NCBI GenBank assembly: GCA_900541035.1
Contig: UQIN01000015.1
Location: forward strand, 1,593 to 65,592
Direction of reading: 5' to 3'
Source: an uncultured Collinsella sp.
Lineage (GTDB): Bacteria; Actinomycetota; Coriobacteriia; Coriobacteriales; Coriobacteriaceae
Length of the DNA: 64,000 nt
This document shows positions 1 to 9,711 of the stretch, one piece after another. The stretch's first letter is position 1, and the number at the start of each line of letters is the position of its first letter. Below the pieces are notes generated by a model, which worked only from the letters and a program-made list of their open reading frames with translations, searched no databases and had not been told where the DNA came from. Both the position numbers and the translations under genes were made by a program.

Positions 1-73
1 TAAGAGCCAATGATCCGGCGAGCCAACACATAGCAAGCTTACGGGTGCCCAAGTACTTCGGGCGCCCGTTTTT

Positions 74-3073
74 TTATCGCTCGACCAACACGCGATTGAG
101 CCGCCCCTCCACCAAGCGCTCGTATAGACGCCGCGTCTCGGGCTCGGGCACGCCATTGACCTGCTCCCTCAGATGGTGCATATGCCCACTGTATAGCTCG
201 ACGATATCGCGCCGCCGCCCCGCCGCACTGTAGACACGCATGGCGCAGCGCACCATATCCTCACGCGCCGTTTCCTGTCGAAGCCCCGACTCCGCCAGCC
301 AAATCGCCGACTGCAAATCGTTTTCTTCTAGAGCGGCATTTGCTCCCTTAATCATGCAATCGATGAACTTTGACTGCATAATGCGTCGCATACGCAAAAA
401 GTAGGTGGGATTACAGCCATTGGGAACATACAGCGGTCCGGCATAAAGCTGCTCAATCTTAAGGCACAGCTCAACTAAATGGGGCCCGCGCGCACCCGTG
501 CGATTTCCCAAAACCTCGCGGCTTATCTGGTCAAACAGCCGTACATCGGTCTTGACGTAGTCGCCGTTGAGCCCGATGCATTCATTTTGGATGAGCACGC
601 ACGACTTGCCGTCTGGCGTCGGCCCCAAGGCCGAGCGCAGGCGTGATATCGTCGAGTACAAGTTGTTGCGGGCGCTATTGAACTCAGCATGGGGCCACAG
701 TTCCATGGCCAGTGTCTCGCGGTCGACCAGCGCATCCATGCCCAGCGCAAGCCGTTCGGCGAGCGTTGCCGCTTTCTTGCGGCGCCACATCTTGTCCGTG
801 ATGGGAAACCCGTCGCGCTCGGCGCGAAACGCCCCAAACATGCGAATCTCGATATGTTCGATAGCATCGACGGCTTCAACCTCGCCAGCCTGAAACAGGC
901 GCTCACCCTCCCCTTCCAGATCGTCACGCAGCGAGTACCGCGATAGCTCGCGCACGGGGAGTTTCTTACGAATTCTGGCCGCCGGCTCGCCCAGACAATG
1001 CATGGCAAGGCGTGCAAAGAGCCGATACGATGGCTCTAGAATCCCCGCGCGATTCATGGACATCCAGGCCGCAAGATCGCTATCTCGCCCCGCGCAAGCC
1101 AAATGCAGCGCCACCATCCATGCTTCTGCACCACCAACCTGCGTCTGGCTTATATCGAGCAGCTCCGCCTCCTCGCGCACCGAAACCATCGAGGTGTTAC
1201 GCAGATACGCCGCACGCTCCAGCAGCAACGCATTGTCGCGCATGTATGCAATTGGCTCCTCAGCCAGTTTGAGCACCTGGACCGCGCGGAACTTCGCATT
1301 GACCGGCCGACCTTCTGCCAGCGATTGCCAGCCTTCTAGCAGCAGGCCAAACAGCTGAATCTGGTTGTCGCGCATGCGTACGGCAAAGCGATCGAGCTCG
1401 TTGAACGCCGCATCGTCGGTTACCGGCAAGCCGGAAAGGAGCCGCCGTGCCGCCAGCACCATGCGCACCCAGATAGCCGGCGCCTTAAGTCCACGTACAT
1501 CGAGCGCGTCCCGTATCAGCGCCATCTCGTCGTCGCGCTCGTCGATCCCCGCAAACGACCCATCGAAGAGCTCCACTAGCATGCTATCGGCCCGTATAAA
1601 AGTCCCCGCGATATCGAGCTCGCAGTCATATGCTTTGCGCGTTTTGAGCTGCTGCAGAGCACCACCGTCGTCTCCCCGCTCAGCCAACCAGTGCTTGGCC
1701 CCGATATGTGCAAAGAGCATGTCGAGTGCCGTGTGTTCCGTCTCGATTTCCGGCACAGCAAGGTTCATGGGAAGCCCAAGCCCGTTGTCCCCATAGCAAA
1801 CTGCCGTAAGGACCTGGGCGACCTTCCACGAAACGGGATCTATTTCACAGGCTGCCCGATCGCCCGCATGCTCAATGAGCGATGCCATGCAGCGGGCGAG
1901 CTTTGTGTTGGACACGCTGACCGCCGCCAAATATACGCCGAGTGCCTCGGCAGGCGTTGGCTCTGGAGCGTGATCTTCGGCATCGATCGTACTCAACGCC
2001 GCCCGGCAGACATCGGCACCGTGCCCCGTCAGAGCAAGATCGACCCCATACTGCCCGGCAAGTTCAAGGACCACGCTACGGTCCAGAAAGGCGTCGGCCA
2101 GGTCCATCGCCGCATCACATCGGCCTGCCTTGAGCAAAATTCGAGCCGCCCGCGGAACTAGCTCGGGACGGATCTCGGCCACCAACTTTCGCAGGCGAAG
2201 CCGTCCGTTATCCTCGGCGCCCAGGCACGTAAAGCTCCGGTCGGCCGGATCTAAACCAAAGATCGGGTAATCGCGTACAAGGTAGGACTGGTCGATCATC
2301 GACAGCCTCACTCCACAAGCCTCGAGTTCTGCAATATTGCCCTCGCCCATCAAGATCATGAGGCAGGCAACGCAGAACAGCGCATTATTATCGAGCGAAG
2401 CAAGATCGACAAGTGCCGCACCATACACGTTGACAATCTCGCTTTCGAGCAGACCGGCAACATCGCCCTGGCCGTACAGACCCGTCTGCAAAGCCGAAAC
2501 AAGCTCGGGCACACCCTGTGTGAGCTGGTAAAAGTCAAGCGATGTGCTAATCGAAAACGCCGATGCCCACGCCGAATACTCATAGGCATGCACCTTGAGC
2601 ATTTGCGCATTGATCTTAACCGAGTCACCCAGCCCATGAATCAGCTGACGATTTGAAGGACGGCAGGAGATAAAGACCCCTACCCCCATAGCGCGCAGGC
2701 CGCGAATCCTGTCAATGAGGTCTTCGGTATCGTGCTGATCGAGATTTGGCACATTATCAATCGCGACAAGGGAATGCGGCTTGTCTTTGAGCTCTTCGGT
2801 TACCACCTCGAGCTGCATAAACACCTCGCGCCCAATGGCTCGATCCGCCTCGATAATCCGCACGGGGCCTCGCGTCGGGTCACTTTTTACCTCTTGGGTG
2901 TACTGCAGTAGCACCGAGGTCTTCCCAAACCCGTCGGGCGCATAAAGAACCACGATGCCGGCCTTTCGGCCCTTGGCGATAAGCTCATTCATCAAGCGTT
3001 CGCGTCGCACCATATAGCCTCCGCCCAGCGGCATCAGCTCGAGGTCGTCTATACCGCTCAAATCGTTTACCAT
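74..3073 (-). CDS. Large transcriptional regulator: N-terminal MalT-like P-loop region plus C-terminal SARP-type wHTH/BTAD domain
   Basis: 999-aa ORF. YAPDGFGKTS Walker A near the N-terminus. C-terminal IRMFGAF...WRRKKA...ELWP...RNNLYSTISRLR...LYAGPLY...GVPEPETRRLYE matches the SARP/BTAD pattern. Confidence 0.8.
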   Translation of the reverse strand: MVNDLSGIDDLELMPLGGGYMVRRERLMNELIAKGRKAGIVVLYAPDGFGKTSVLLQYTQEVKSDPTRGPVRIIEADRAIGREVFMQLEVVTEELKDKPHSLVAIDNVPNLDQHDTEDLIDRIRGLRAMGVGVFISCRPSNRQLIHGLGDSVKINAQMLKVHAYEYSAWASAFSISTSLDFYQLTQGVPELVSALQTGLYGQGDVAGLLESEIVNVYGAALVDLASLDNNALFCVACLMILMGEGNIAELEACGVRLSMIDQSYLVRDYPIFGLDPADRSFTCLGAEDNGRLRLRKLVAEIRPELVPRAARILLKAGRCDAAMDLADAFLDRSVVLELAGQYGVDLALTGHGADVCRAALSTIDAEDHAPEPTPAEALGVYLAAVSVSNTKLARCMASLIEHAGDRAACEIDPVSWKVAQVLTAVCYGDNGLGLPMNLAVPEIETEHTALDMLFAHIGAKHWLAERGDDGGALQQLKTRKAYDCELDIAGTFIRADSMLVELFDGSFAGIDERDDEMALIRDALDVRGLKAPAIWVRMVLAARRLLSGLPVTDDAAFNELDRFAVRMRDNQIQLFGLLLEGWQSLAEGRPVNAKFRAVQVLKLAEEPIAYMRDNALLLERAAYLRNTSMVSVREEAELLDISQTQVGGAEAWMVALHLACAGRDSDLAAWMSMNRAGILEPSYRLFARLAMHCLGEPAARIRKKLPVRELSRYSLRDDLEGEGERLFQAGEVEAVDAIEHIEIRMFGAFRAERDGFPITDKMWRRKKAATLAERLALGMDALVDRETLAMELWPHAEFNSARNNLYSTISRLRSALGPTPDGKSCVLIQNECIGLNGDYVKTDVRLFDQISREVLGNRTGARGPHLVELCLKIEQLYAGPLYVPNGCNPTYFLRMRRIMQSKFIDCMIKGANAALEENDLQSAIWLAESGLRQETAREDMVRCAMRVYSAAGRRRDIVELYSGHMHHLREQVNGVPEPETRRLYERLVEGRLNRVLVER

Positions 3074-3461
3074 GCCCGCTCCTCAACTCGACCGTATGGA
3101 CACTGTAGCCGCAAGACCATACAAGCCGCACTATGAATAGAGCGACCTTGTGTTTTAGGTTGTCTTTTGGTACGAAAGCGGCAAGTTTTTGTACAGCGAG
3201 GGCCGATTGTTATTAATCCCCTGACTAATCGGTCTTTAAGCAGGTAAATGAGCTTGTCAGCTTGTCCCATCTAAGCGGCAGTGTAACGCAGATGAACAAG
3301 GTTCAGCCATGTCATTCAACTCGCCTAGCACCCGCTACCGTCTACGACCTTTTAGTGGCATTTTTGCATAGAATCTGATATGGAATGAATCAAACTGTTG
3401 GGCGTCCGGCATTCGTCAAGCTTGCGGCAAGATTTTGGTCAAGTGGACAGAAAGGGATAAC

Positions 3462-3489
3462 AAAAAGGCCCCCGCAAAGCGGAGGCCTT
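3462..3489 (-). terminator. Intrinsic terminator after nagB
   Basis: aaaaaggcccccgc-aaa-gcggaggcctt hairpin, giving a U-tract on the minus strand just after the nagB stop. Confidence 0.7.
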
Positions 3490-3521
3490 AGGCAAGGCTA
3501 TGTCGAGCTGCAGAATTCGCG

Positions 3522-4250
3522 TTACTCGCAGAGCGAAAGAGCGGCCTCGTCGGCAACGACAACGCAGTTGGTGTGCAGCTGCAGGATCGAAGCCGGGCAC
3601 TCGGGCGTAACCGGACCATAGCACATGTCATGCACGGCCTGAGCCTTGGCCTCGCCATTGGCGACGACCAGGATCATGCGGGCATACATGATGGTCTGGG
3701 TACCCATGGTGTAGGCCTGACGGGGAACATCGTCGATGCTGTCGAACAGGCGGCTGTTGGCCTGAATGGTGCTCTCGGTGAGGTCGACGCAGTGCGTGCC
3801 CTTGGAGAAGTGGTCATCGGGCTCGTTGAAGCCGATGTGGCCGTTGTTGCCAATGCCGAGCAGCTGCAGATCCGGGTAACCGGCGTCAGCGACGATCTTG
3901 TCGTACTCAGAGCACGCAGCGGCGGCGTCGGGGTTGGAACCGTCGGGCACATGCGTGTTGTTCAGGTCGATGTTGATGTGATCGAAGAAGTTCTCGCGCA
4001 TGAAGTAGTGATAGCTCTGGGGATCGTCGTGCGAAAGGCCGCGATACTCGTCCAGGTTATAGGTGCTGACCTCGGCAAAGTCGACGTCGCCCTTCTCGTA
4101 CCAAGCAGCGAGCTGCTTGTAGGCACCGATCGGGGTGGAGCCGGTGGCAAGACCCAGCACACAGTCGGGCTTGAGGATAACCTGGGCCGAGATGATATTG
4201 GCGGCCTTGCGGCTCATATCCTCGTAGTCTTTAGCTTTAATGATCTTCAT
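3522..4250 (-). CDS. nagB: Glucosamine-6-phosphate deaminase
   Basis: VLGLATGSTP, NLDEY and LLGIGNNGHIGFNEP motifs. Start reassigned to MKIIKAK (ATG at 4250, after AGAAAGGA). Confidence 0.95.
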   Translation of the reverse strand: MKIIKAKDYEDMSRKAANIISAQVILKPDCVLGLATGSTPIGAYKQLAAWYEKGDVDFAEVSTYNLDEYRGLSHDDPQSYHYFMRENFFDHINIDLNNTHVPDGSNPDAAAACSEYDKIVADAGYPDLQLLGIGNNGHIGFNEPDDHFSKGTHCVDLTESTIQANSRLFDSIDDVPRQAYTMGTQTIMYARMILVVANGEAKAQAVHDMCYGPVTPECPASILQLHTNCVVVADEAALSLCE

Positions 4251-4521
4251 TACGCGTCCTTTCTCGTACAAGAGAGGCAAGGCCCCCTTACAAGCACTTG
4301 CCCGCGGCCCGCGTCGGCCGCAACCAACGTGTGCGGCCACCAGGGCGAGGTCGCGTAATGTATGTGTCTCGTGTCTAGCCGCGTCGAGGCCCCTGCCCGT
4401 CCACGGTGACCCAAAGCTGTTTAGCCTCGGACAAATCCCATCTTGCCACGGAGGGCGTCCTCTTTCAAGGGCGCCCTCCGTAAACGTGCTTGAATTGTAG
4501 GCTAATGGCCACGTGCACTTG

Positions 4522-5019
4522 CTAGCGCTCGCGAGCAACGATGAGTTGGTCCATCTCTTCGACATGCACACCAACGGAGCCCTTGATACTCGAGAACTCA
4601 ACGGAGTTGCACACCAAGATGGGAACCGTCACATCGTAGCCCTCGGCAGCAATTGCCTCGCGATCGAACTCAATGAGTACATCGCCCTTATGGACGACGT
4701 CGCCCACTTGCGCATGTACGGTAAAGTGCTTGCCCTCGAGCTGAACAGTGTCCAAACCAACGTGGATGAGCACGTCCAAACCATCGACCGTGTTAAGCGC
4801 AACGGCGTGTCCCGTGGGAAAAATGGCCTCGACCTTCGCGTCGGCCGGCGCGATCACCCGCGTACCCGTGGGCTGAATGGCAACGCCCTGGCCCAAAAGG
4901 CCAGTGGCAAACGTCTGATCGTTTACCTCGGAGAGCGGAATGACGTCGCCCGAGATGGGAGCATCCAGCGTAAGGACTCGACCACGCATACCAAAAGACC
5001 TTAGGACTTTAGTGAACAT
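4522..5019 (-). CDS. PTS glucose-family EIIA component
   Basis: LSEVNDQTFATGLLGQGVAI, IFPTGHA and LIHVGLDTV motifs. Start position is uncertain. Confidence 0.9.
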   Translation of the reverse strand: MFTKVLRSFGMRGRVLTLDAPISGDVIPLSEVNDQTFATGLLGQGVAIQPTGTRVIAPADAKVEAIFPTGHAVALNTVDGLDVLIHVGLDTVQLEGKHFTVHAQVGDVVHKGDVLIEFDREAIAAEGYDVTVPILVCNSVEFSSIKGSVGVHVEEMDQLIVARER

Positions 5020-5090
5020 GCTCCCCCTCGGACATACCAAACAATCAAAATAACCGTATCAGTTTACCACTTGGCAACGGTTTTTGACCA

Positions 5091-6428
5091 TTAGGGAAGT
5101 TCGCGCTTGACAACCTCGACGATGTCGTCAACAACGCGCTGGGTGAGCTCGGGCGTCTCGGCCTCGGCCATGACGCGGACCAGCGGCTCGGTGCCGCTCG
5201 GGCGTACCAAGATGCGGCCGCGACCGTTGAGTTCCTTCTCGGCGGCAGCGACGGCGTCCCAAATGGGCTGGCAATCGTCCAGGCCGGCCTTGTTGTCGGA
5301 ATGCACGTTGACAAGCACCTGCGGGTACTTCTTCATGATGCCGGCAAGGTCGGTGAGGGTACGGCCGGTGCGCTTGAGCACGGCCAGAAGCTGCAGGGCC
5401 GTCACCAAGCCGTCGCCGGTGGTGTTGTGCTCCAGGAAGATGATGTGGCCGGACTGCTCGCCGCCGATGACAGCACCGTCCTCGAGCATACGCTCAAGAA
5501 CATAACGGTCGCCCACGGCGGTCTGCACCATCTCAAAGCCCTGCTCCTTCATGGCGATGGAGAAGCCCAGGTTGCACATAACGGTCGAGACGATCTCGGA
5601 GTTGGCGAGCTTGCCGCGAGCGGCCAGGTCGGAGCCGCAGATGGCCAGGATGTAGTCGCCATCGATCTCGTTGCCCTCGCTGTCCACGAACAGCACGCGA
5701 TCGGCGTCGCCATCGTGGGCCAGACCGATGTCGGCATGGGTGCGCAGCACGAGCTCGCGCAGGGGCTCAAGGTGAGTGGAGCCGCACTCGACGTTAATGT
5801 CGGTGCCGCAGTAATCGGTGTTGATGGCATGCACCGTAGCGCCCAGGCGCTGCAGCGCTGCGGGCGTGGTCTGGCAAGAAGCGCCGTGGCCGCAGTCGAC
5901 GGCAACAACCAGGCCGTCGAGTTTAAGGCCGTCGAGGGTGCTGATAGCGTGGTCGACATATGCCTTGCGAGCGTCCTTCATCTTGATGATGTGACCCACG
6001 CCGGCACCGGTCGGCAGCGTATCGGCAGCCATGGCCTCCTCGGACATGACCCAAGCGCTGATCTCTTCCTCGACAGCATCGGGAAGCTTCATGCCCTTGC
6101 GGCTAAAGAACTTGATGCCGTTGAACTCCGGCGGATTGTGCGAAGCGGAGATGACAATGCCGCCGTCGAGCTCGTTTTGAACAGTGAGCAGTGCCACGGC
6201 GGGCGTGGGAATGACGCCGCAGCAATGCGGACGGCCGCCCTCGGCCATAATGCCGGCGGTCAGAGCGCTCTCGAGCATGGTGCCCGAAAGGCGCGTGTCG
6301 CGGCCGATGCAAATATCCGGACCAAGGAACTTGGTCGCCGCGCGGCCCAGGCGAAACGCGAGGTCGCACGAGAGGTCGGCATTGGCGACGCCACGGACGC
6401 CGTCGGTACCGAAGATGTTCTGGGGCAT
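5091..6428 (-). CDS. glmM: Phosphoglucosamine mutase
   Basis: FGTDGVRG, ISASHNP, DGDADR, GGEQSGH and RPSGTEP motifs; follows rplM-rpsI. Confidence 0.96.
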   Translation of the reverse strand: MPQNIFGTDGVRGVANADLSCDLAFRLGRAATKFLGPDICIGRDTRLSGTMLESALTAGIMAEGGRPHCCGVIPTPAVALLTVQNELDGGIVISASHNPPEFNGIKFFSRKGMKLPDAVEEEISAWVMSEEAMAADTLPTGAGVGHIIKMKDARKAYVDHAISTLDGLKLDGLVVAVDCGHGASCQTTPAALQRLGATVHAINTDYCGTDINVECGSTHLEPLRELVLRTHADIGLAHDGDADRVLFVDSEGNEIDGDYILAICGSDLAARGKLANSEIVSTVMCNLGFSIAMKEQGFEMVQTAVGDRYVLERMLEDGAVIGGEQSGHIIFLEHNTTGDGLVTALQLLAVLKRTGRTLTDLAGIMKKYPQVLVNVHSDNKAGLDDCQPIWDAVAAAEKELNGRGRILVRPSGTEPLVRVMAEAETPELTQRVVDDIVEVVKRELP

Positions 6429-6551
6429 AGGATTGCTCCTTCCCTAGCAGGCGATATACAACCGCCCACCCTAGTCGAAAAAGAAAAGCGGGACCCGCCG
6501 AGGAATCGGCAGGCCCCGCTTGTACATTGTATCTCGAAAGGAGATAAAACC

Positions 6552-6947
<396 letters not shown>

Positions 6948-6949
6948 CT

Positions 6950-7393
6950 TTAAGCCTCCAGCTCAATCTTCGTGGGGTTCTGGGCAGCATGCGGATGCTC
7001 GGCACCAGCGTAGACCTTAAGCTTGGTCATCTGGGCACGGCCGAGGGTGGTCTTGGGCAGCATACCGCGAACGGCGCGCTCGATGACCTTCTCCGGGTGC
7101 TTCTCCATAGCCTGGCGGAAGCTCTCAGCCTTGAGGCCGCCGTTGTAGCCGCTGTGGCGATAATAGGTCTTCGTGTCGGCCTTGTTACCGGTAAGCTGGA
7201 CCTTATCGGCGTTGATGACGACAACGAAGTCGCCGCAGTCGCTGTTGGGCGTGAACTGGGGCTTGTTCTTACCGCGCAGGATCATTGCGATCTGGGTGGC
7301 AAGACGGCCCAGGACAGCACCATCGGCGTCGACGAGAACCCAGTTGCGCTGGACCTCGCCCTGCTTGGCGTAGTGAGTCGATTTCGAAATCAC
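6950..7393 (-). CDS. rplM: 50S ribosomal protein L13
   Basis: [24 protein letters not shown] and RGMLPK motifs. Confidence 0.98.
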   Translation of the reverse strand: MISKSTHYAKQGEVQRNWVLVDADGAVLGRLATQIAMILRGKNKPQFTPNSDCGDFVVVINADKVQLTGNKADTKTYYRHSGYNGGLKAESFRQAMEKHPEKVIERAVRGMLPKTTLGRAQMTKLKVYAGAEHPHAAQNPTKIELEA

Positions 7394-7459
7394 TTAGACT
7401 CCTCCATGTACAGTACGTGTTGTTACAGAGATTCACGGGGCTCTGCAAGTAACCCGTCC

Positions 7460-7487
7460 ATATTACCCCGCTCGCCGCCCGAGTCAA
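7460..7487 (-). promoter_or_regulatory. Probable sigma70-type promoter of rplM-rpsI
   Basis: Minus strand TTGACT-N16-TAATAT, about 65 nt upstream of the rplM start. Confidence 0.55.
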
Positions 7488-7550
7488 CAGGTATTTTGGC
7501 TCCGACCAGAGTTTCTGCACATGTCGTCCATGGGTCATGACGTCGCGACG

Positions 7551-8429
7551 CTAGCGCTCGACAAACGCCTCGATATCTCCCAGCAAGCGCTTTGCCTCCT
7601 GGCGGCCCTGAATATACAGATCGAGCAGCTTTGCCGAATCGTGCTCAACGTGACCGACCTCGACCGGCTTTTGCGGAGCGACGACCAACGCGCGGCCCTC
7701 GCGCTCATACTTCCACAGGTGCATACGCTGGATGTTGTAACGGTCGTGGCGTGTCTCGATAGCCTCGAGCAGATAGGGGTAGTCGGCATAACGCGCACGC
7801 GCGGCCGGCAAAAACTCGTAGGGCTTTTTCTCATACGAACGGTCCTGCGTGACAATGACGACCGCGCGATCGAAGCCCGCCTCCTCGAGCACATGCTCGA
7901 TGGGGACCGAATCGGCCACGCCGCCGTCGACGTATTTGTGCCCGTCAATCTCGACCGGCGGCGTCACCAGCGGCAACGAGGTCGATGCGCGCACGGCGTC
8001 GAGATCGAGCACGGCGCTTTTGACCGGCAGGTACGTGGCGGTTCCAAAGAGCATGTCCGTCGCGACGGCGTACATCTCGATGGGGCTCGCGTCGAACGTC
8101 TCGTCGTCAAAGGGATCCAGGCGGTCCTGGACATCGTTGAAGATAAAGTCGTAACCCACAATGGAGCCCGTGGACGCAAACGATGCGGCGCCCATGAAGC
8201 GGCTGTCGTTGCAGAAAGCCAGGTTGATGCGGTTGGCACGGCCGATCTGGTGCGACTTGTAGTTCACGCCGTTGAGGGCGCCGGCCGATACGCCATATAC
8301 CGCCGGAATCTCGACGCCGGCCTCCATGAGAACGTCGAGCACACCCGCGGTAAACTGCCCGCGAAAACTACCGCCCTCCAGGACGAGCGCGACCTTGCCA
8401 GCGTTCTTTGCCTTATCTTCTGCAGTCAT
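7551..8429 (-). CDS. Patatin-like phospholipase (YjjU-like)
   Basis: LVLEGGSFRG, GVSAG and DGG motifs. Confidence 0.9.
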   Translation of the reverse strand: MTAEDKAKNAGKVALVLEGGSFRGQFTAGVLDVLMEAGVEIPAVYGVSAGALNGVNYKSHQIGRANRINLAFCNDSRFMGAASFASTGSIVGYDFIFNDVQDRLDPFDDETFDASPIEMYAVATDMLFGTATYLPVKSAVLDLDAVRASTSLPLVTPPVEIDGHKYVDGGVADSVPIEHVLEEAGFDRAVVIVTQDRSYEKKPYEFLPAARARYADYPYLLEAIETRHDRYNIQRMHLWKYEREGRALVVAPQKPVEVGHVEHDSAKLLDLYIQGRQEAKRLLGDIEAFVER

Positions 8430-8515
8430 ATCGACCTCCTGCGATTGCGTTTTGGCCTTCTTCTACCCAGTTTTGGGATGGAGGGCGCATGGGTTTTTCG
8501 AGGCGGCAGGTGAAG

Positions 8516-8777
8516 CGGAAAGTTTGTCCCAGTTTGTGGCGGAATTCCGGGATGCAGCTTCCGCTTGGACCGCCATTGGGAAAGCGCGTCCCGTTCTGAG
8601 CGCGGATTCCGGGATGAACTTTCCGCCAACAACCCATCCGGAAAATGCATCCCATTCTGAGCCGATATTCTGGGATGCAGCTTCCGCTTGAGGCGCCATC
8701 CGGAAACTACGTCCCAGTCTGAATGCGGATTCCGGGACGTGCTTTCCGCCTGGGCTGCCATTGGGAAAGTGCGTCTC
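8516..8777. repeat. Tandem array of degenerate palindromic units, period 61-62 bp, about 4.5 copies
   Basis: Alternating 15-bp arms GGGAYG-N4-TTCCG (8549, 8611, 8672, 8734) and inverted arms (8516, 8578, 8639, 8701, 8763). Confidence 0.85.
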
Positions 8778-8793
8778 ACCCTTCGTTGATGCG

Positions 8794-9053
8794 GCGTTTT
8801 CTTTACGCCCGCGCCCTGCACAGGGTTCGATTCTCCGCGGTTTGGGGGGAATCCGTTGACGCGGCGCATGGCCGGCTGAAATTCGATAAACATCGCATCC
8901 GTTTTGAGTCGGAAGCTTGCGCGGAGAATCCGCGTCTTTGCTTCGCAAATCCGCACCGGCTTCGGCCGCCTGCCGGCGTCCTCGCCCGCGGGCTACAAAC
9001 GCTCCGCGTTTGTTTAACGCTCGCGCCCTGCATAGAGTTCGATTCTCCGCGGT
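8794..9053 (+). repeat. 48-bp direct repeat pair (8794-8841 and 9006-9053) ending in a tmRNA T-arm-like sequence
   Basis: Copies are identical at 42/48 positions by eye; both end in GTTCGATTCTCCGCGGT. Confidence 0.85.
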
Positions 9054-9065
9054 ATCTGTAAGTAA

Positions 9066-9098
9066 TAAAAAAGCAGGTAGAGACACTTCTCTACCTGC
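9066..9098 (-). terminator. tmRNA intrinsic terminator
   Basis: gcaggtagaga-cact-tctctacctgc hairpin followed by a U-tract on the minus strand. Confidence 0.85.
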
Positions 9099-9108
9099 CT
9101 GTAACTAT

Positions 9109-9472
9109 TGGTGGAGGCGCGGAGAATCGAACTCCGGTCCACGAAAGCCCCCTGATTGGCATCTCCAAGCTCAGTCGCTGGTTTAGTCTCGGACGCTTTG
9201 CGCGCAGCGACACGCTCGCGGCGTCCTAACCGGTTCGGTCTTAGCCTGCGCCATACCGATTACGTGCGCAGGAGCATTCCCCTAAAATGACGTCGCGCCG
9301 GTGCCGGGGAAATCACCGGGTTGACGCGCCGCTATAAACTAAGCAGCGAGAGCCATAGGCTCAAAAGAAGAGTTGTTGTCAATTCAATTTGACGGTACCC
9401 CTGTTTAACGAGGCGAGGAGACCTCGGCTTGCTTCCTCTCTCAGAGCTATCGCGTCGAAACCAGTCGCCCCC
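9109..9472 (-). ncRNA. ssrA: tmRNA
   Basis: 5' GGGGGCGACTGGTTTCGAC and 3' GGAGTTCGATTCTCCGCGCCTCCACCA form an alanyl acceptor stem with G3-U. Tag frame reads (A)DNNSSFEPMALAA* at about 9339-9380. Confidence 0.96.
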
Positions 9473-9711
9473 GAATGTCGGGAAAGTCTGGATGGTATCG
9501 GGCCTGCAAACACCCGATAACCGTCGACTTTTCAAGGAACATGCGGGGCAAGCCCCGCTTGTGGAGTGTTATCTTACCACGTTCTGAAAGCGGACAGCTG
9601 TTCTATGCACGAGCTGTGAAGACCCCAATGTGCGCCGCACTTCGCACTTTTGTTACCGATCGCGTCACGTATATTTTCGCCAAGCAAAATTGACCCGTCG
9701 AAAGGACCGTT

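Noticed and set aside
4272..4285. 14-nt match (GAGAGGCAAGGCCC) to the arm of the 20070-20205 element
   Set aside because: Short, GC-rich and not extendable; probably chance.
4262..4500. Canonical glmS ribozyme upstream of nagB
   Set aside because: The conserved core I would expect (AGCGCC at the cleavage site with a downstream GACGAG) is not seen; kept only as an unknown structured leader.
3522..4601. Extended N-termini in the ORF track (nagB and similarly the HAD, PIN, ABC, pilin, glnR and OYE genes)
   Set aside because: Internal starts with an RBS match the family N-termini; the extensions overlap other genes or non-coding structure.
8516..8777. CRISPR array
   Set aside because: Units are degenerate, the linkers are short (13-18 nt) and similar to one another, and no cas genes are present.
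8413..9186. ORFs of 76-207 aa over the repeat region
   Set aside because: They overlap in several frames, mirror the DNA repeats and show no protein motifs.
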